A stretch of 60,043 bases of DNA, the filler included, from Hausera hauseri (Eukaryota): the NCBI GenBank assembly GCA_046269625.1. It is 10 parts of 10 records of this genome, joined end to end, with 100 filler letters (N's around TTAATTAATTAA, not from the genome) between each part and the next. Parts side by side here need not be neighbours in the genome. Positions count along the whole stretch, not along the records: positions 23,417 to 27,746 come from JBJURY010632885.1; positions 27,847 to 33,977 come from JBJURY010135984.1; positions 34,078 to 39,515 come from JBJURY010255291.1; positions 39,616 to 47,445 come from JBJURY010902091.1; 6 more parts are not named here. One strand, 5' to 3'. The notes beneath the pieces are model-generated. The model was given only the letters and a program-made list of their open reading frames with translations. It made no database searches and had not been told where the DNA came from. Below, piece by piece: positions 27,177 through 39,625 of the stretch. A program made the translations under genes and the position numbers. Position 1 is the stretch's first letter. Each line of letters begins with the position of its first letter.

Positions 27177-27846
27177 TTTGGTTATTGTTAATAAATATTT
27201 TGTTACGAAATTCTCTTAAGTTCAAGGAAACAATATTTATTTCAAAGCAATATAACTTTGACACAACGCTAAACACTTTTTATAGGCACAATGTGTACCA
27301 TGTTCACGATAAATACAAGTAATATTCTTCGGAATAGTCATTAATTTCCCACATTCATAGATGCATAATCTTAAATCTGGGAATATAGAATTGATAAAAT
27401 TCTTTTTTCATCCATAATCTCTATCCCTGACATAGAACAGGGCTTCACGTACATCGGAAATCGATTCAATATCTTGCATTAAACAGTCTTTGCAAAACTT
27501 TGCATTGCATGTGTCCCATGTTAATTGATGATGATTTTGAGTAAAATAGGAATTTTTTATTTGAGCCTTGTTAGCACAACAATGTATTTGGGATCTAACT
27601 GACAAAATTACAATTGCAATACTAAATTCGCTTACTCAAATACATAATGTAATGGATTAAACATGTCATCCACGGGCAATATAAACAACTCCTTAATTAT
27701 GTATTCATCACTATTATCCACAAATCCCTCCAAGTCAATAAACAAGNNNNNNNNNNNNNNNNNNNNNNNNNNNNNNNNNNNNNNNNNNNNTTAATTAATT
27801 AANNNNNNNNNNNNNNNNNNNNNNNNNNNNNNNNNNNNNNNNNNNN

Positions 27847-28030
27847 ATGAAAATGACGTGTGATTCAATTTATTCCTCAGTTATCATTGAGTCTCGTACA
27901 ATTAAGTGTTTTTTATAGAAGTTCAACGAAGCATGAGATGCAGATACTTTTATAAGTTCAATGCAAGTGAATAACTTTGTTAGATATTAAAGTTATTTTT
28001 ACTTCAATGACAAATAAAATGTCTTAAAGA
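27847..28030 (+). repeat. 184-bp direct repeat, copy A (contig start)
   Basis: About 9 mismatches versus 33794-33977. Confidence 0.95.
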
Positions 28031-30318
28031 AAGTTTACCCACTCTTTTAGGCAATGAACTGGTCGATCTAGACACGTGGACGCAAATCGATGGAAAAAAC
28101 ATCCCATTTTGGGAATTCGTCGATCTATATTCTTATTTAGTAACGTGAGGTTCAGTTCTCAGGAGATCTACTGATATTTTTGGAGAATTTTCATGGATGC
28201 ACTTAGATTGAGTTATTTCCTTTCAAGTTCATCCCATTTTCTTCAAACTGCTTCTTCTACTATTTTCAAAAGGACATCATGTATCTCACTTCTTTAGCAT
28301 TTAGAAAAAATTTAATGTATTGCGATGTTAATCATTATTCACTTATTTCAAACTGCTTCCTTAATAACTACGGAATCACACACACCAAAAATCCAACATC
28401 AATGAGGCTGACTGAGCATAGAACTGTGGAGTGGAAGCTCGGAGGGAAGGGGGTCTCCTGTCCAGGCTCGTCCACGCTACTAGCAAGAAGATTTTTCTCG
28501 AACTGTGTCTATAGGCGTGCAGGGAGCATGCGCAAGTCAAACATACATTAATCCCGCAGAGGAAAAACCAAGGGGGTTAGTTCTAGCGGTGACGTCACAA
28601 TAATATGTGGTTTGCATAACCACAAGACGTGGGTGGTATTTCCCCCCCCCCTGTTTTCTATTCTTATTTATGTCCTAAATGAATGGTTCGTCGCAACAAG
28701 CACGGCTTTACTTAACTCAGACAGCTTGCAATTCTGATAGTCAAGAAACAACACAAAATATTCACCATATTATTTTAAACAGCAGAAAAGAATCCATAGA
28801 GGAACCACGAACATGGTATTTAGTCTTGTAAAATGTATTGACTCATTTAGTATTGCAAACCCAAAATATAATACTTCTGAAAATTTTTTCAATTAAATTT
28901 ATTAAAATCAGCTATGTGAATCCATTACATATTTTATTCAAATATCATTTTTTAGGTGACTTTACCTTATTTCTTAATTTAGTGCAAAGCAAATGTCTAA
29001 GTTATATATATATATTTCAATTCAATATTGAGTAGCTTTTCAGAGCAAGGAACTTCGAAAAACGGTTCAATATTTTTAGCCATTTCAACGTCACGTAACC
29101 CTTCGAAGTAAAAATAAGAATGGAGCCCTTTACCCCCACACACAGATATCATCAAAATCGGAGGCCCAATGTCCGACAAGTTGTTTTCGAATCCCTCCCC
29201 CACATGCTTAGGGGAAGTCATGAATTATACCATTTCTCAGAAAAATGTCTTATGATCCTTCAATGAGGGATCCTTGTACTAAAAACCGCCCCCGAAGAGA
29301 AGAAATCTAAAGACGAAAAAGTGGATTGCGAGAGACCAAAACAATGCCGTAATCGGAGCAAATACAGTGGTCTATTAGTTTACGATTACAGGCCACCCGA
29401 AATCTCAGATTACGATTGAGACTGCCATTAAAGTGTGTCCAAAATTTTAGATTATGATTTGATTACGATTACACAACATTTTTTTGATCGATTACGAGTA
29501 CACGTGGTCTAATGAGGACCAATTCTGATCAGTCGGCGAATTCATATTCGTCCGCAGGAACTCAACATTACTCAACCCCAAACTTGTGCTCCCCAAACTC
29601 TGTAAATCATATAAATTTGGCTCTCGTTTCTTCAAAATTCGGATGCTCGTTTCGCTTCCGAGATCGATGGGAATATGCGCGATCCCTTCGTGTGTCCCGA
29701 AAAATCATTTGACTTCGACCTTTCAAGGGGATGTCAAGCGACGGGTGAGTACCATTGACTGAGATGCCGATGGATATTTTTCCTTTTCTACGCCGCCATT
29801 TTCTGAGACCGGTGACGACGCAAAAAGGGTGGAATTGAGCTCTTTATTCAGAAACATTTCTGGACCCGTAAATTTAAAATATGAATAGAAATCTCGAATA
29901 TCTGAGGAAGTATACATCCACCCACTCTTTGGCGAAATTCCGGAGTTATTGAATAAATGATTCTTTTCCGACATTTAAAAATGAAGAAATACGAAAATAG
30001 CATTCAGCTAAATTTATAGTAGGCTCTTAGCCGCGTTTACCCAATAACACGTAACTTTTTTTCCAAGGGGTTTTGGTGTAAACGCGTTTCCAGGGAACAC
30101 CACGAGGAGGTGGCCTACTTTAGTTCCCCAAAAAATTGGCAGAGAAAAATTCTCCTTGTCACTTCAGCAGAGAAAAAGCTCTTTGTAAAGTTAGTTGCGG
30201 AATAATTCCTTGTCAGGTAAATGAACAAAAATGAAGCCGGGCGGCGTATGAATTTGGAGATTACATGAATACAGAATTCCTTGTGGCGACGTTCTTATGG
30301 GATCACCAGCATTGTTTT

Positions 30319-31927
30319 CTAACTTTTATCGCGGAACAGAATAAAATCGTTTAAGATTGGAGGAAGCTCCAATTTCAAGAGTTGTTTTGGTAGACACGCT
30401 GTTTTCGAAAAGGAACTTCTTATTTTGCATCGACACAGGTCCTTCAGGGACCTTGCACAGGAGAGTTCTTTACACCCAGGAAACACTTTTCTAAAAGCAT
30501 CGCAAATTATTTTTGAATTTCTCCTTAAAAATGGAATATTTGAATCAAGAAAATTTGTGATCTCTGCGACCGTTAAGAAAGATTCTTCCATCGATTCCAT
30601 AATAAGATTTAAACATTTTGCGGTCATGTCACCGACTTTTATCTCCATCATCGCCAGTTTTTCCTGATCAATTAGTGCAGTGTTCACTGCGACACGCAAA
30701 GTCCAAAGTAGCAAACATTTTCTCATTGTGTCCGCTGTTGCTTCAGGATTCGCACAGGCTTGGTCTCTCCAGCTGATCATTTCTTGTAGATCCTTTTCTT
30801 CACCATGCAATCTGTTGCTGTCACGTGCCAACTTTATGCTCCACCTAAAAAGAAAAGAAAAAATATTTTCATTAGAAGTGCAAACTGTGAAAGAATAATC
30901 ATACAAAACATTAGTATGTGAAAATGTATCCCAGAGACGTCCGGAAAAAATTATCTCAGAACTTGAGAGCGATCAAATTTTGCTGCTGCAATACGTTATA
31001 AATAAAGGGCGGGATAAACTTAATTTTAACAAGAATTTTGATGAAAATAATATTAAAGGTTCTCAAATTAAAACTCCATATATGTGGTATATAATATATA
31101 CCACAGCACCTCTAAAGGTTAAATGGAAATTTCGGTTGAAACATTAAAAAATGGAAATTAGTACAATCCATACCACAATAATATAATTGAAATACGTCCA
31201 AATAACATGAGAAAATTATATCCTAATAAATAAAGATATTAAAACAGCACAATACTCTATAATGCATGGTGGATATACAATGTAAAAACAGCAATACGAA
31301 TTTACAAAAATATAATTGAATTAGATACATGTATTCACAAATTCATTGAAAATATCATGAAAATCGAACTTACCGGAAACGATCGATTTGCCTGAGTAAC
31401 AACTCGTGTTTCTTCAGATTGAATTGCACCATGTTAAATTTCATAAACAACAATATCATCTCGTAATTTCCATCTTCTATTATGTCGGACGTCCTTAATA
31501 TCAGCTTCGGATTCTTCGTACTTGTTGTGTAGTTCTCGAATTCTCCCGCTTGTAATTCGTTTAGCACGTCGGATGCGAATTCTGAATGCTCGGGTCTCGA
31601 TCTCCGAGACTCAAATTGAAGTCCATTATATTGTTCTATTCTGAAATTGGCGTGCAAAACCGCCGAAATCAAGACTTCGTCATCAAAGTCAGTAGAATAT
31701 ATGCGTGCCAGTAAATTTTCGGACCACACTTTGACAGAATTACGAGACACATGATCACGTTTAAATATTTCGTGAAACACTTCATAAGTTTCCTTGGATC
31801 CATCACTTGTGCAGGAATTTGGCCAAATAAAGCTAGAACGCTTTCCTGATTCAAGTCTTCGTCTTTTCCGTAGGATTGGACCGACTGCACGCAAATTCCT
31901 TTTTGTTCCATTTCCCGAACTCGCCAT
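30319..31927 (-). CDS. two-exon SOCS-box protein, 359 aa (exons 31927-31374 and 30844-30319)
   Basis: Phase-2 intron CG|gtaag ... ttttctttttag|G; joined frame open (1080 nt); C-terminal SLKDLCRCKIR..LELPPILNDFIL SOCS box; N-terminal RKRRR NLS-like. Confidence 0.85.
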
Positions 31928-32069
31928 TTTCCGAAAATACCGATTGGCAGTAACGAGTTGCAATTCTACGTGCTCCTAGCTTCACTGAAATGTATAACTG
32001 CAGAATATAGTCTATTCTACACTTGACTGAAAAGATTCCCATCAATCCGCCCGAAAGACATGCGCAGTT

Positions 32070-32160
32070 CTGCTTTATAACACCAGGATTCGTATTATGA
32101 TTGGCCATTGAGTTTCTCTCACACAGCCAAGGGGGAACTCTCATTGGCCAATCAGAGGCT
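32070..32160 (-). promoter_or_regulatory. candidate promoter of the SOCS-box gene (TATA plus CCAAT boxes)
   Basis: TATAAAG ~150 nt upstream of the ATG; CCAAT boxes at ~32100 and ~32143-32152 (palindromic attggccaat). Confidence 0.4.
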
Positions 32161-33793
32161 GTGATGCAGTCAGATACCTTTGTGTTCTTCAGAGGAAAGG
32201 CAGCTAGCTGCATTTCCTAACAATAGAGTAGTCACTGACCAGAACTGACCATCAGGGATAGGGAGTGAGTCGTGAGAAAGGGAATGAAGGACTATTATTT
32301 TGAGAGAACAATGACAGTTGTCAGGCCCATTGAACTACACTACAACTGGAATGTGTATTCATTCTAGCGTTCGAAAATGTAGCTCACTCCCGCTCTCAGT
32401 GAGTACGGCTGGTTGGTAAGTGAAGCGACATCTATTGTAACTACTATTAATTTAATTCACTTTATCTACTAATTTAATTACTTTTTTGGCAACTGAATTC
32501 TTTCTCCACCTTACGCACTGATAGTTCTACATAACAAAACTGAAATTCTTGCTTTCTTTGATATTTCTGTGGTGAAAAAGTACACTTAATTTATCGAAAT
32601 TAAATCGTGTTTTGTCATTTAAAAGTCTCATTAAACTTTATTTACAGCGGTTTCTCGAAGTTTCATAGTCAAAAACCAGACATAAGAAAAATATAAATCA
32701 TATAAATTATATTTTCCCATAGTTTTCTGAATTTTGAAATAAATTTCACACTTAAGGAAGAAGTATAAGATTCATATTTAGATTTTATTAGAATAAATTT
32801 ATAATACAATTGTTCCAGAAGAATTCTTCATAAAATTCACATACATTCTTTAAACAAACAAATGCACACACGTGTACATAAAAGGAAATATAAATGAGGC
32901 GACGAAATAATAAATACAAATTGAAAAAAAATGAAACATTTCCTTATAAAGTTTTCACATCTTAATTCCTAACTTCCTTTAAGAACGCAGTCGAGCCTCC
33001 ATATACGCCACCCTCATTTATCGCCAATTTTATAAGGGAACGAATTGTGTTCTACACGTTATAAGAAAAATTCCCTCCATATACCGCCAAAGACTTTTCG
33101 ACCCAAAATTTAATTTCCGGCAGAAGCGGCTCAATGTCACGGTCAAACACGAGATGGACATTCCATATCCTTATCAATTTCTCCCCTTGCATTTGAGAAG
33201 TTGGGGAAGGGAAGACATCCATCACAATGCAACAATCACAAACGTAGAGTGGGGCAGAAAAACGTCTTTTTGGAAAAAGTTCAGAGAAAGTGGGTGGTAC
33301 ACCTTAGCCCCTCTATAGCCTCGGGTTTAATACGTGTCAGGAGTGAAAACATGAGATCAAAGATATTTATTATCTTCAAGAAACTGAGTTGAATTTTAAT
33401 TTATATTAGTACATTGCATTGCTTAAGAAAATAATTTATATCAGGTTAATTAGTAAAATATTAAGCCGGAATATCCTAACATGTTAAACTATCAATTTTC
33501 CGTAGCACTATTTCGTACCAACGTTCCACAACTGAGAATGTCAAATTTCAAGAATTGTGTGGACTTGATATTACCAAGAGATTTTATGTCAGAAAAAACA
33601 GCCAAATACGAATTATTAATAAGAAAAAATCACTTTAATTCAATCAGCAGCGATTTTAAAAACAATTTTTCTAGATTGCATACGCATATGGACAAGCATT
33701 ATATAGAAACTCACTTAATTTACATTGAGATACAAATTACATACAATTTCACTGAAAACACATTTCAATTTGAAACTCACAATGCACAGCTAA

Positions 33794-33977
33794 ATGAAAA
33801 TGACGTGTGATTCAATTTATTCCTCAGTTATCATTGAGTCTCTTACACCTAAGTGTTTTTTATAGAAGTTCAAGGAAGCACGAGATGCTGATACTTTTAT
33901 AAGTTCAATGCAAGTGAATAAGTTTGTTAGATATTAAAGTTATTTTTACTTCAATCATAAATAAAATGTCTTAAAGA
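33794..33977 (+). repeat. 184-bp direct repeat, copy B (contig end)
   Basis: Matches 27847-28030. Confidence 0.95.
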
Positions 33978-34312
33978 NNNNNNNNNNNNNNNNNNNNNNN
34001 NNNNNNNNNNNNNNNNNNNNNTTAATTAATTAANNNNNNNNNNNNNNNNNNNNNNNNNNNNNNNNNNNNNNNNNNNNATTGGTCATATCGTTGCCGGTAA
34101 TGTAACAATAGAATTATGGAGTATTTACCTCAATCGAAATTGGCATTATGGTGACAATATCCACTACATGGATCTGGATTGTCGTTCGCAGATTAGTCCG
34201 GGTGGTACTCTCCATCGATACCACAGTTCTAAAATGTACTCAGCAAACAATAGCAATTCTATTGAAAGATCGAAGAATCATGATGATATCGCTTAATAAA
34301 AAATATATATAT

Positions 34313-34552
34313 ACAGGGTGGGCCAGAAGTTAGGGGGCAATACCAAAAATGTTGGCTTAAGTATCTGTTCGGTTTATTTAAGGTATTATACCTATGCACA
34401 ACTCTGTTCTTCATCGATGAACACACTTTGTGACAGAGCTCCAGAGTAATTAAATGAAAAGCGTTGGTTATTCTTTCTTTCAATTCTTCCAATGAACGTG
34501 GTTTAGTACAGTACACAGCTTCCTTTATAACTCCCCAGAGGAAGAAGTCAGT
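34313..34552 (-). mobile_element. Tc1/mariner-superfamily transposon 3' fragment
   Basis: DFFLWGVIKEAVY..PRSLEELKERI motif; TA-CAGGGTGGGCCA TIR-like end. Confidence 0.75.
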
Positions 34553-34559
34553 CTTTGTT

Positions 34560-35655
34560 CAGTCGATGAGTTTTTTCTTCCATTTTAAGGTAAGAGTTGA
34601 ATAGCAACTCAATTATCCTCAATCCATTGCACTATATCTTTACATTGTGGTCTCTTCATTGGCCCCATTTTGTTATATTCATGAACTCTGTCCATCATCC
34701 AGTTTTCCCATTGGACACTCAACTGGTCTTTAAACGGTTTGTTAACTGCAAGATCGAAAGGTTGAAGTTTTTTGGTTAACTCATCCAATATAATAGCCAT
34801 TTTAGAATATTTATTCACCATTGTTTTAACATCTGGCGTTATTTGAGCCCGACAAGAATCCAAGATTAACAGACATTTGGGATTAAAATATGCCATTTTT
34901 CTTGTCCGCCATACACTTTCTAACCAGAATTTCATAGCCTCTGAATTCATCAAATCTTTATCATTGGCACAGGCAATAAGTTTTCTGAGCCAAGGCTTTT
35001 TGGAACAGTCTTTCTTTTAAAAATTACCATGGGTGGTAACTTTGATCCATCTTCAGTTACGCAGAGCACAACTGTAAAATTCGATTTTTCATGACTCGTC
35101 GTAGTTATTGAAATTTCTTTTACACCATTCAAATTAACCGTTCTGGAACCCGGCATGTCAAAACTCACTGGAACTTCGTCCATGTTTCCAAAATGACACC
35201 CCTCAACTCTTAACAAATTTTCTTTAAGAAGTAACCGAAATTTTGTCGCATTCACATTCCAGTCAACCGGCAACATCTGTCCAACATTTGTGGAACATTG
35301 TACACTTAAGTTATTTCTTTTCATAAACCTAATATCTTTTATATAATCTTCTTGATCTATTCTTTTCGACTCCTGCAATATGCGAACTGTTGAAATTCTC
35401 ATACCTTTCATTCTTTCATTAGAAATCCACTCGTAAAGTTGTTTCCAAAGTTGGCCATCGGCAAGTGCCGTACCGCATGGCTCTTTTTTCTTAGGTACAA
35501 CATTTAACACGGCTTCAGACTTTCACCATTCTCTTATACTGCTTTCTTCAACATTATATAATCGTGCAGCTTCACGATTCCCTTTTATCTTTGCGCTTTG
35601 TACTACTTCAAGTTTGAATTTTGCTGTGTATGATTTCCTTTTGGATTTGCTAATG
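34560..35655 (-). mobile_element. pogo-family transposase (Brinker-like HTH, CENP-B HTH, DDE), decayed
   Basis: RKSYTAKFKLEVV..AARLYNV, GNMDEVP, LLILDS, LQPFDLAVNKPFK. Confidence 0.88.
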
Positions 35656-35749
35656 GTGTTTGTAAAATTTTCACTTTATTTATTATCATCAATTGAAATG
35701 CCATCAACATTAGAAAAATCCCTGTTATAATCAATCATTGTTTTATTAT

Positions 35750-38700
35750 TGTTATAATTTTGGTCGTTTGTCATTCGTGCCGTTAGGCAATGAAAACAAT
35801 GGATTACGAATTCAAAAAATTTATTTATTCAAACCTGTGAAGGAAGGTTGAGTCGATCGACCAAAAAGTTGTTTCCGTCTTCCAACTTGAAGTATTTCCT
35901 ATATCTTTCCGGGACTCAATGTGTCCCTCGTAGGGTACCTCCAGTGCTTTCTTTGTATGCTTCCGGACGTAGACGAAGTCGGCGTTTTTGATCGTTTTTG
36001 AAATTGTCGGATGAGTATTGTTGTTCGTGGCCATCATTTTTCGACTCTCGGCTGTTTTTTATTAAGTCCGATGCTGACTCCTCTTGTTGGTGGAATACTG
36101 CTCCTGGTATCGCTAAGTTGGCACCGTACACTTTCTGGGCTGGTGATAGCCCGGTCGCATCTGCACAGTTGCGTAAGCATAGAGCTACCGTCGACAAACT
36201 TCTAGTCAGTTCCTTTTGGGATCTTGTGTTGCTGTCATTATGGCTGCTTTCATTGTGTGATGGAGCCTTTCCAATTTTCCATTGGCTTGGGGGTGGTATG
36301 CCGTAGTCTGGATAGCCTTAATCCCCAGTTGTTTGCACAGCTCTTGGAACAAAGCGCTAGTGAATTGCGTGCCTCTATCCGTGACGATTTCGGCCGGTAT
36401 GCTGAAACGTACAATCCAGTCGTCCAGTAAGTGTTTTGATACTGTTTCTGCTGTAATGCTTCCGATGGGTATCCTTTCTGGCCATGACGTTTGTCTATCG
36501 ATTATGGTCAGAATATACATCTTACCGTTCACTGGTGGAAGTGGCCCGATTATGTCCATGTGAATCGAATGAATACGACTTACTGGTGGTAGCGAGATGA
36601 TTGGAGATTTGACGTGCTTGTATATTTTGGCTCTTGCATATTGTTGGCACTCTTGGCACCATTTTGTATATCCTTTGTTATTTGGTGCCAGGTATATGAC
36701 ATTTGAATTAGTTTCTTTGTCAGTCGAATCCCTGGGTGGCCTTGATTGTGGTGTAGTCTGAATGTTTCTTTTCGGAACGACGGTGGTAGTATGACTCTCA
36801 CGTTTTTTGTGAGCAATTCCATTGACGGATTCTGTAGTTCCAATCGTTGTCTGTTTCGAATATCTTCGAATGGCGGCGGAAATGTATATTTCTGTTGTAT
36901 CGATTTTTTGGACGGGTGTTCTTGAGAGTGCATCCGCCACAGCATTATCGGATCCCTGGCAGTATTCTATTTTAAAATTGAATTTGGAGATATATTGCAA
37001 GTGTCTCCACTGGCGGTTCGACGGTTCCTTTGGGTGTTTGTGAGTCAACGGTCTGTGATCAGTATATATTGTGGTTGTAGTCGCCTCTAGAAAATGTCGA
37101 AAGTGTTTACAAGCTTTGTAAATATTTAACAACTCTCGGTCATAAGTACTATATTTTCTTTCGCACTATGATAGTTGTCTGCTGAAGAATGATATCGGTC
37201 TCCCATTTTGTTGATTGTCCGGTTTGCTTTTGTTAGTGTCGTTTTGATCTGGTCGATATGCTGAGTGTGTTCTGCTTCCGTGTCTGACGCTATGGTAATA
37301 TTGTCGAGGTACGCTGCCTCTTAGTGGATAGAGGCGAAGGACGTTATCGTTTGCCCTTTGGAACGTAGCATGGGAATTTCGTAATCCAAAAGGCATAAAT
37401 AGGAACTCGAACATACCAAATGGTGTGGTGATGTCCGTTTTTGGTATGTCTTCTTCTGCCATAGGTATCTGAAGGTACGCCTTCTCCATGTCGATTGTAA
37501 AAATTTCTTTTTCCCCGTGATTTAGAGGATGTCTTCCATCTTGGGAATTTGGTATTTGTCCTGGTAGTCCGGATAAGTATATTCCGTGACAAACTTTGCT
37601 TCTGCTGACGTCTTGTGTGCTTGTTTTGTATTTCTTACTATCCGCTTGGATTATGTTAATACGAAGTTTTCTTTGCTCATAGTCCAAGACGAACCCGACA
37701 TGTGCCAAAAAATCGTCTCCCAGAATTGGTTGATTAACGTCGCAGTCGTGAAAGTTTTAAACGAATTCTCTGTCGTTGATGGTCACAGTTAGTTAAATGT
37801 TCCCCTGGCATTTGATTATCGAATTGTTAGCGGCGTGAAATATGAAGTCGCAGTGTTGCTTCGGCCGGAATCTGGATGTTGGTGGATACGATATGGCTGT
37901 TCTATTAATGAATTAATGCATCGTTCTGAAGGTACCTCCACGATGTCTATTTTTGGGGTACCATGCCGTTTCCTTGCGTGTTGAAAGTGCAAGGTGAGCC
38001 GTCGTCTAATGCTTTGCACTTCATTGCTTTGTTTCCAAATTTAGCGTGATAAAAACAGTGAGCTTTGTTTACCGTTGAGTTTTTTCTTAATCTGCAATAT
38101 GTCATTGTGGAGCTCGTTCAGATGGCTCTGTAGGTCATTCACCGCTGATGTTTGAGGTGTCACGATGGAGATTTCTGAAGTGCACTAGTCATACAATAAG
38201 CCGGCGAGGTCTACCAGTTCCTCGATCTCCTTGTTCATGTACCCCATGATGCTGCTTCGGAGATGGGCCGGCAATGCTTCAAAGAATTTAAACTTTTCGA
38301 TCTCTTCGTTGTCTATGTTGACTTTGTGTAGGCCCTGTTTTATTCTGTGGAACACCAGTGAGAGTTTGTCCGTTCCGTGATGGCGATTGGTTAGTTCAGC
38401 TGCCATGCATGCATATTTAGATTTCTGTTGTTGTTTCAATATGGTCAGTTTGATTTCTTAGTAATTCTGGTTGGAGACAGTTTTTCGCGGTATCCCTGTG
38501 GCTATCTCTTCTGGTAGTACTGACCAGGCATGGTGGAATCTGGTAGTACTGTTCGAGATGGCTGCCAACGCGAAATGCGATTCGAGTTGTTCGAACCAGA
38601 TGTTACACTTGGAGTAGTAGAATGGCGGCGGTTTGATGCCCATTAGACTGATTTCAGCGTGATCGCCAATGGTTTTGGTCCGTTGTCATTGGTGCTATTA

Positions 38701-38750
38701 GGCAACGAAAACAGTGGATTGCGAATTCTAAAACTTTATTTTCCAAAACA
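35750..38750 (-). mobile_element. Ty3/gypsy (CsRn1-like) element, internally deleted, with LTR remnants
   Basis: Gag IKPPPF..WFEQLESHF; TPFGMFEFLFMPFGL; [23 protein letters not shown]; ~70-bp degenerate direct repeats at ~35760 and ~38676; PBS-like tggcgatc. Confidence 0.9.
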
Positions 38751-38849
38751 AACTCTTATTTAAACAAATTATTGTTTTAATTCCTTTTATAAATTTTCAC
38801 GAATTCATATTATTACAGTGATATAATACACAAATTGATTGTTTCCTTT

Positions 38850-39515
38850 AGAGAAGTATACGTTCGTATAGATGAAGCAATAGTACTTTGGCCAGGCCAG
38901 TTACAGTTCAAGCAATACATCCCTGGTAAAAGCCACAAGAATGAAGTAAAATTGTATATGCTTACTGAGGCGTCGGGATATGTGTTGAACACTATTGTTT
39001 ACTGTGGGCGAGGGGATGTAATCAGTCCAGAACTTGGTCATGAAGGAACAATGGTGATGACACTTTAAAATCACACCTTTGTAAAGGACATCAATTATAT
39101 AAAGCTAATTATTATACAAACATCAAGTTATACAAAAACTAATAAATCATCAATGATCTGTGGAACTTTGCGTAAGAATAGAGCTCAACTACTACCTGCT
39201 ATAAAACATGCAAAGTTACAACGGGGTGAGATGGCACGTATACGTGATGGATGCATTGTTGTCGGTAAATGGCAAGATAAACGTAATGTCCCACTGCTTA
39301 CATCATGTTATTCGGGTGAAATGATTCAAAGCTCAAATCTTGGTAGACAACGCCAGCCAAATATAAAACCTAACCGTATAGTGCAGTACTATAGGTACAT
39401 GTCCGATATTGATAGAAACGACCAATTGATTTCATATTACCAACTATTTAGAAAATCGTTAAAATGGAATCGAAAAATATTTTACATATGATAAATATTG
39501 GTCTTGTCAATGCAT
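38850..39515 (+). mobile_element. piggyBac transposase fragment (PGBD4-like)
   Basis: IDEAIV..FKQYIPGK..KLYML, CGTLRKNR, KWQDKR, MSDIDRNDQ. Confidence 0.88.
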
Positions 39516-39625
39516 NNNNNNNNNNNNNNNNNNNNNNNNNNNNNNNNNNNNNNNNNNNNTTAATTAATTAANNNNNNNNNNNNNNNNNNNNNNNNNNNNN
39601 NNNNNNNNNNNNNNNACGAAGAGTA

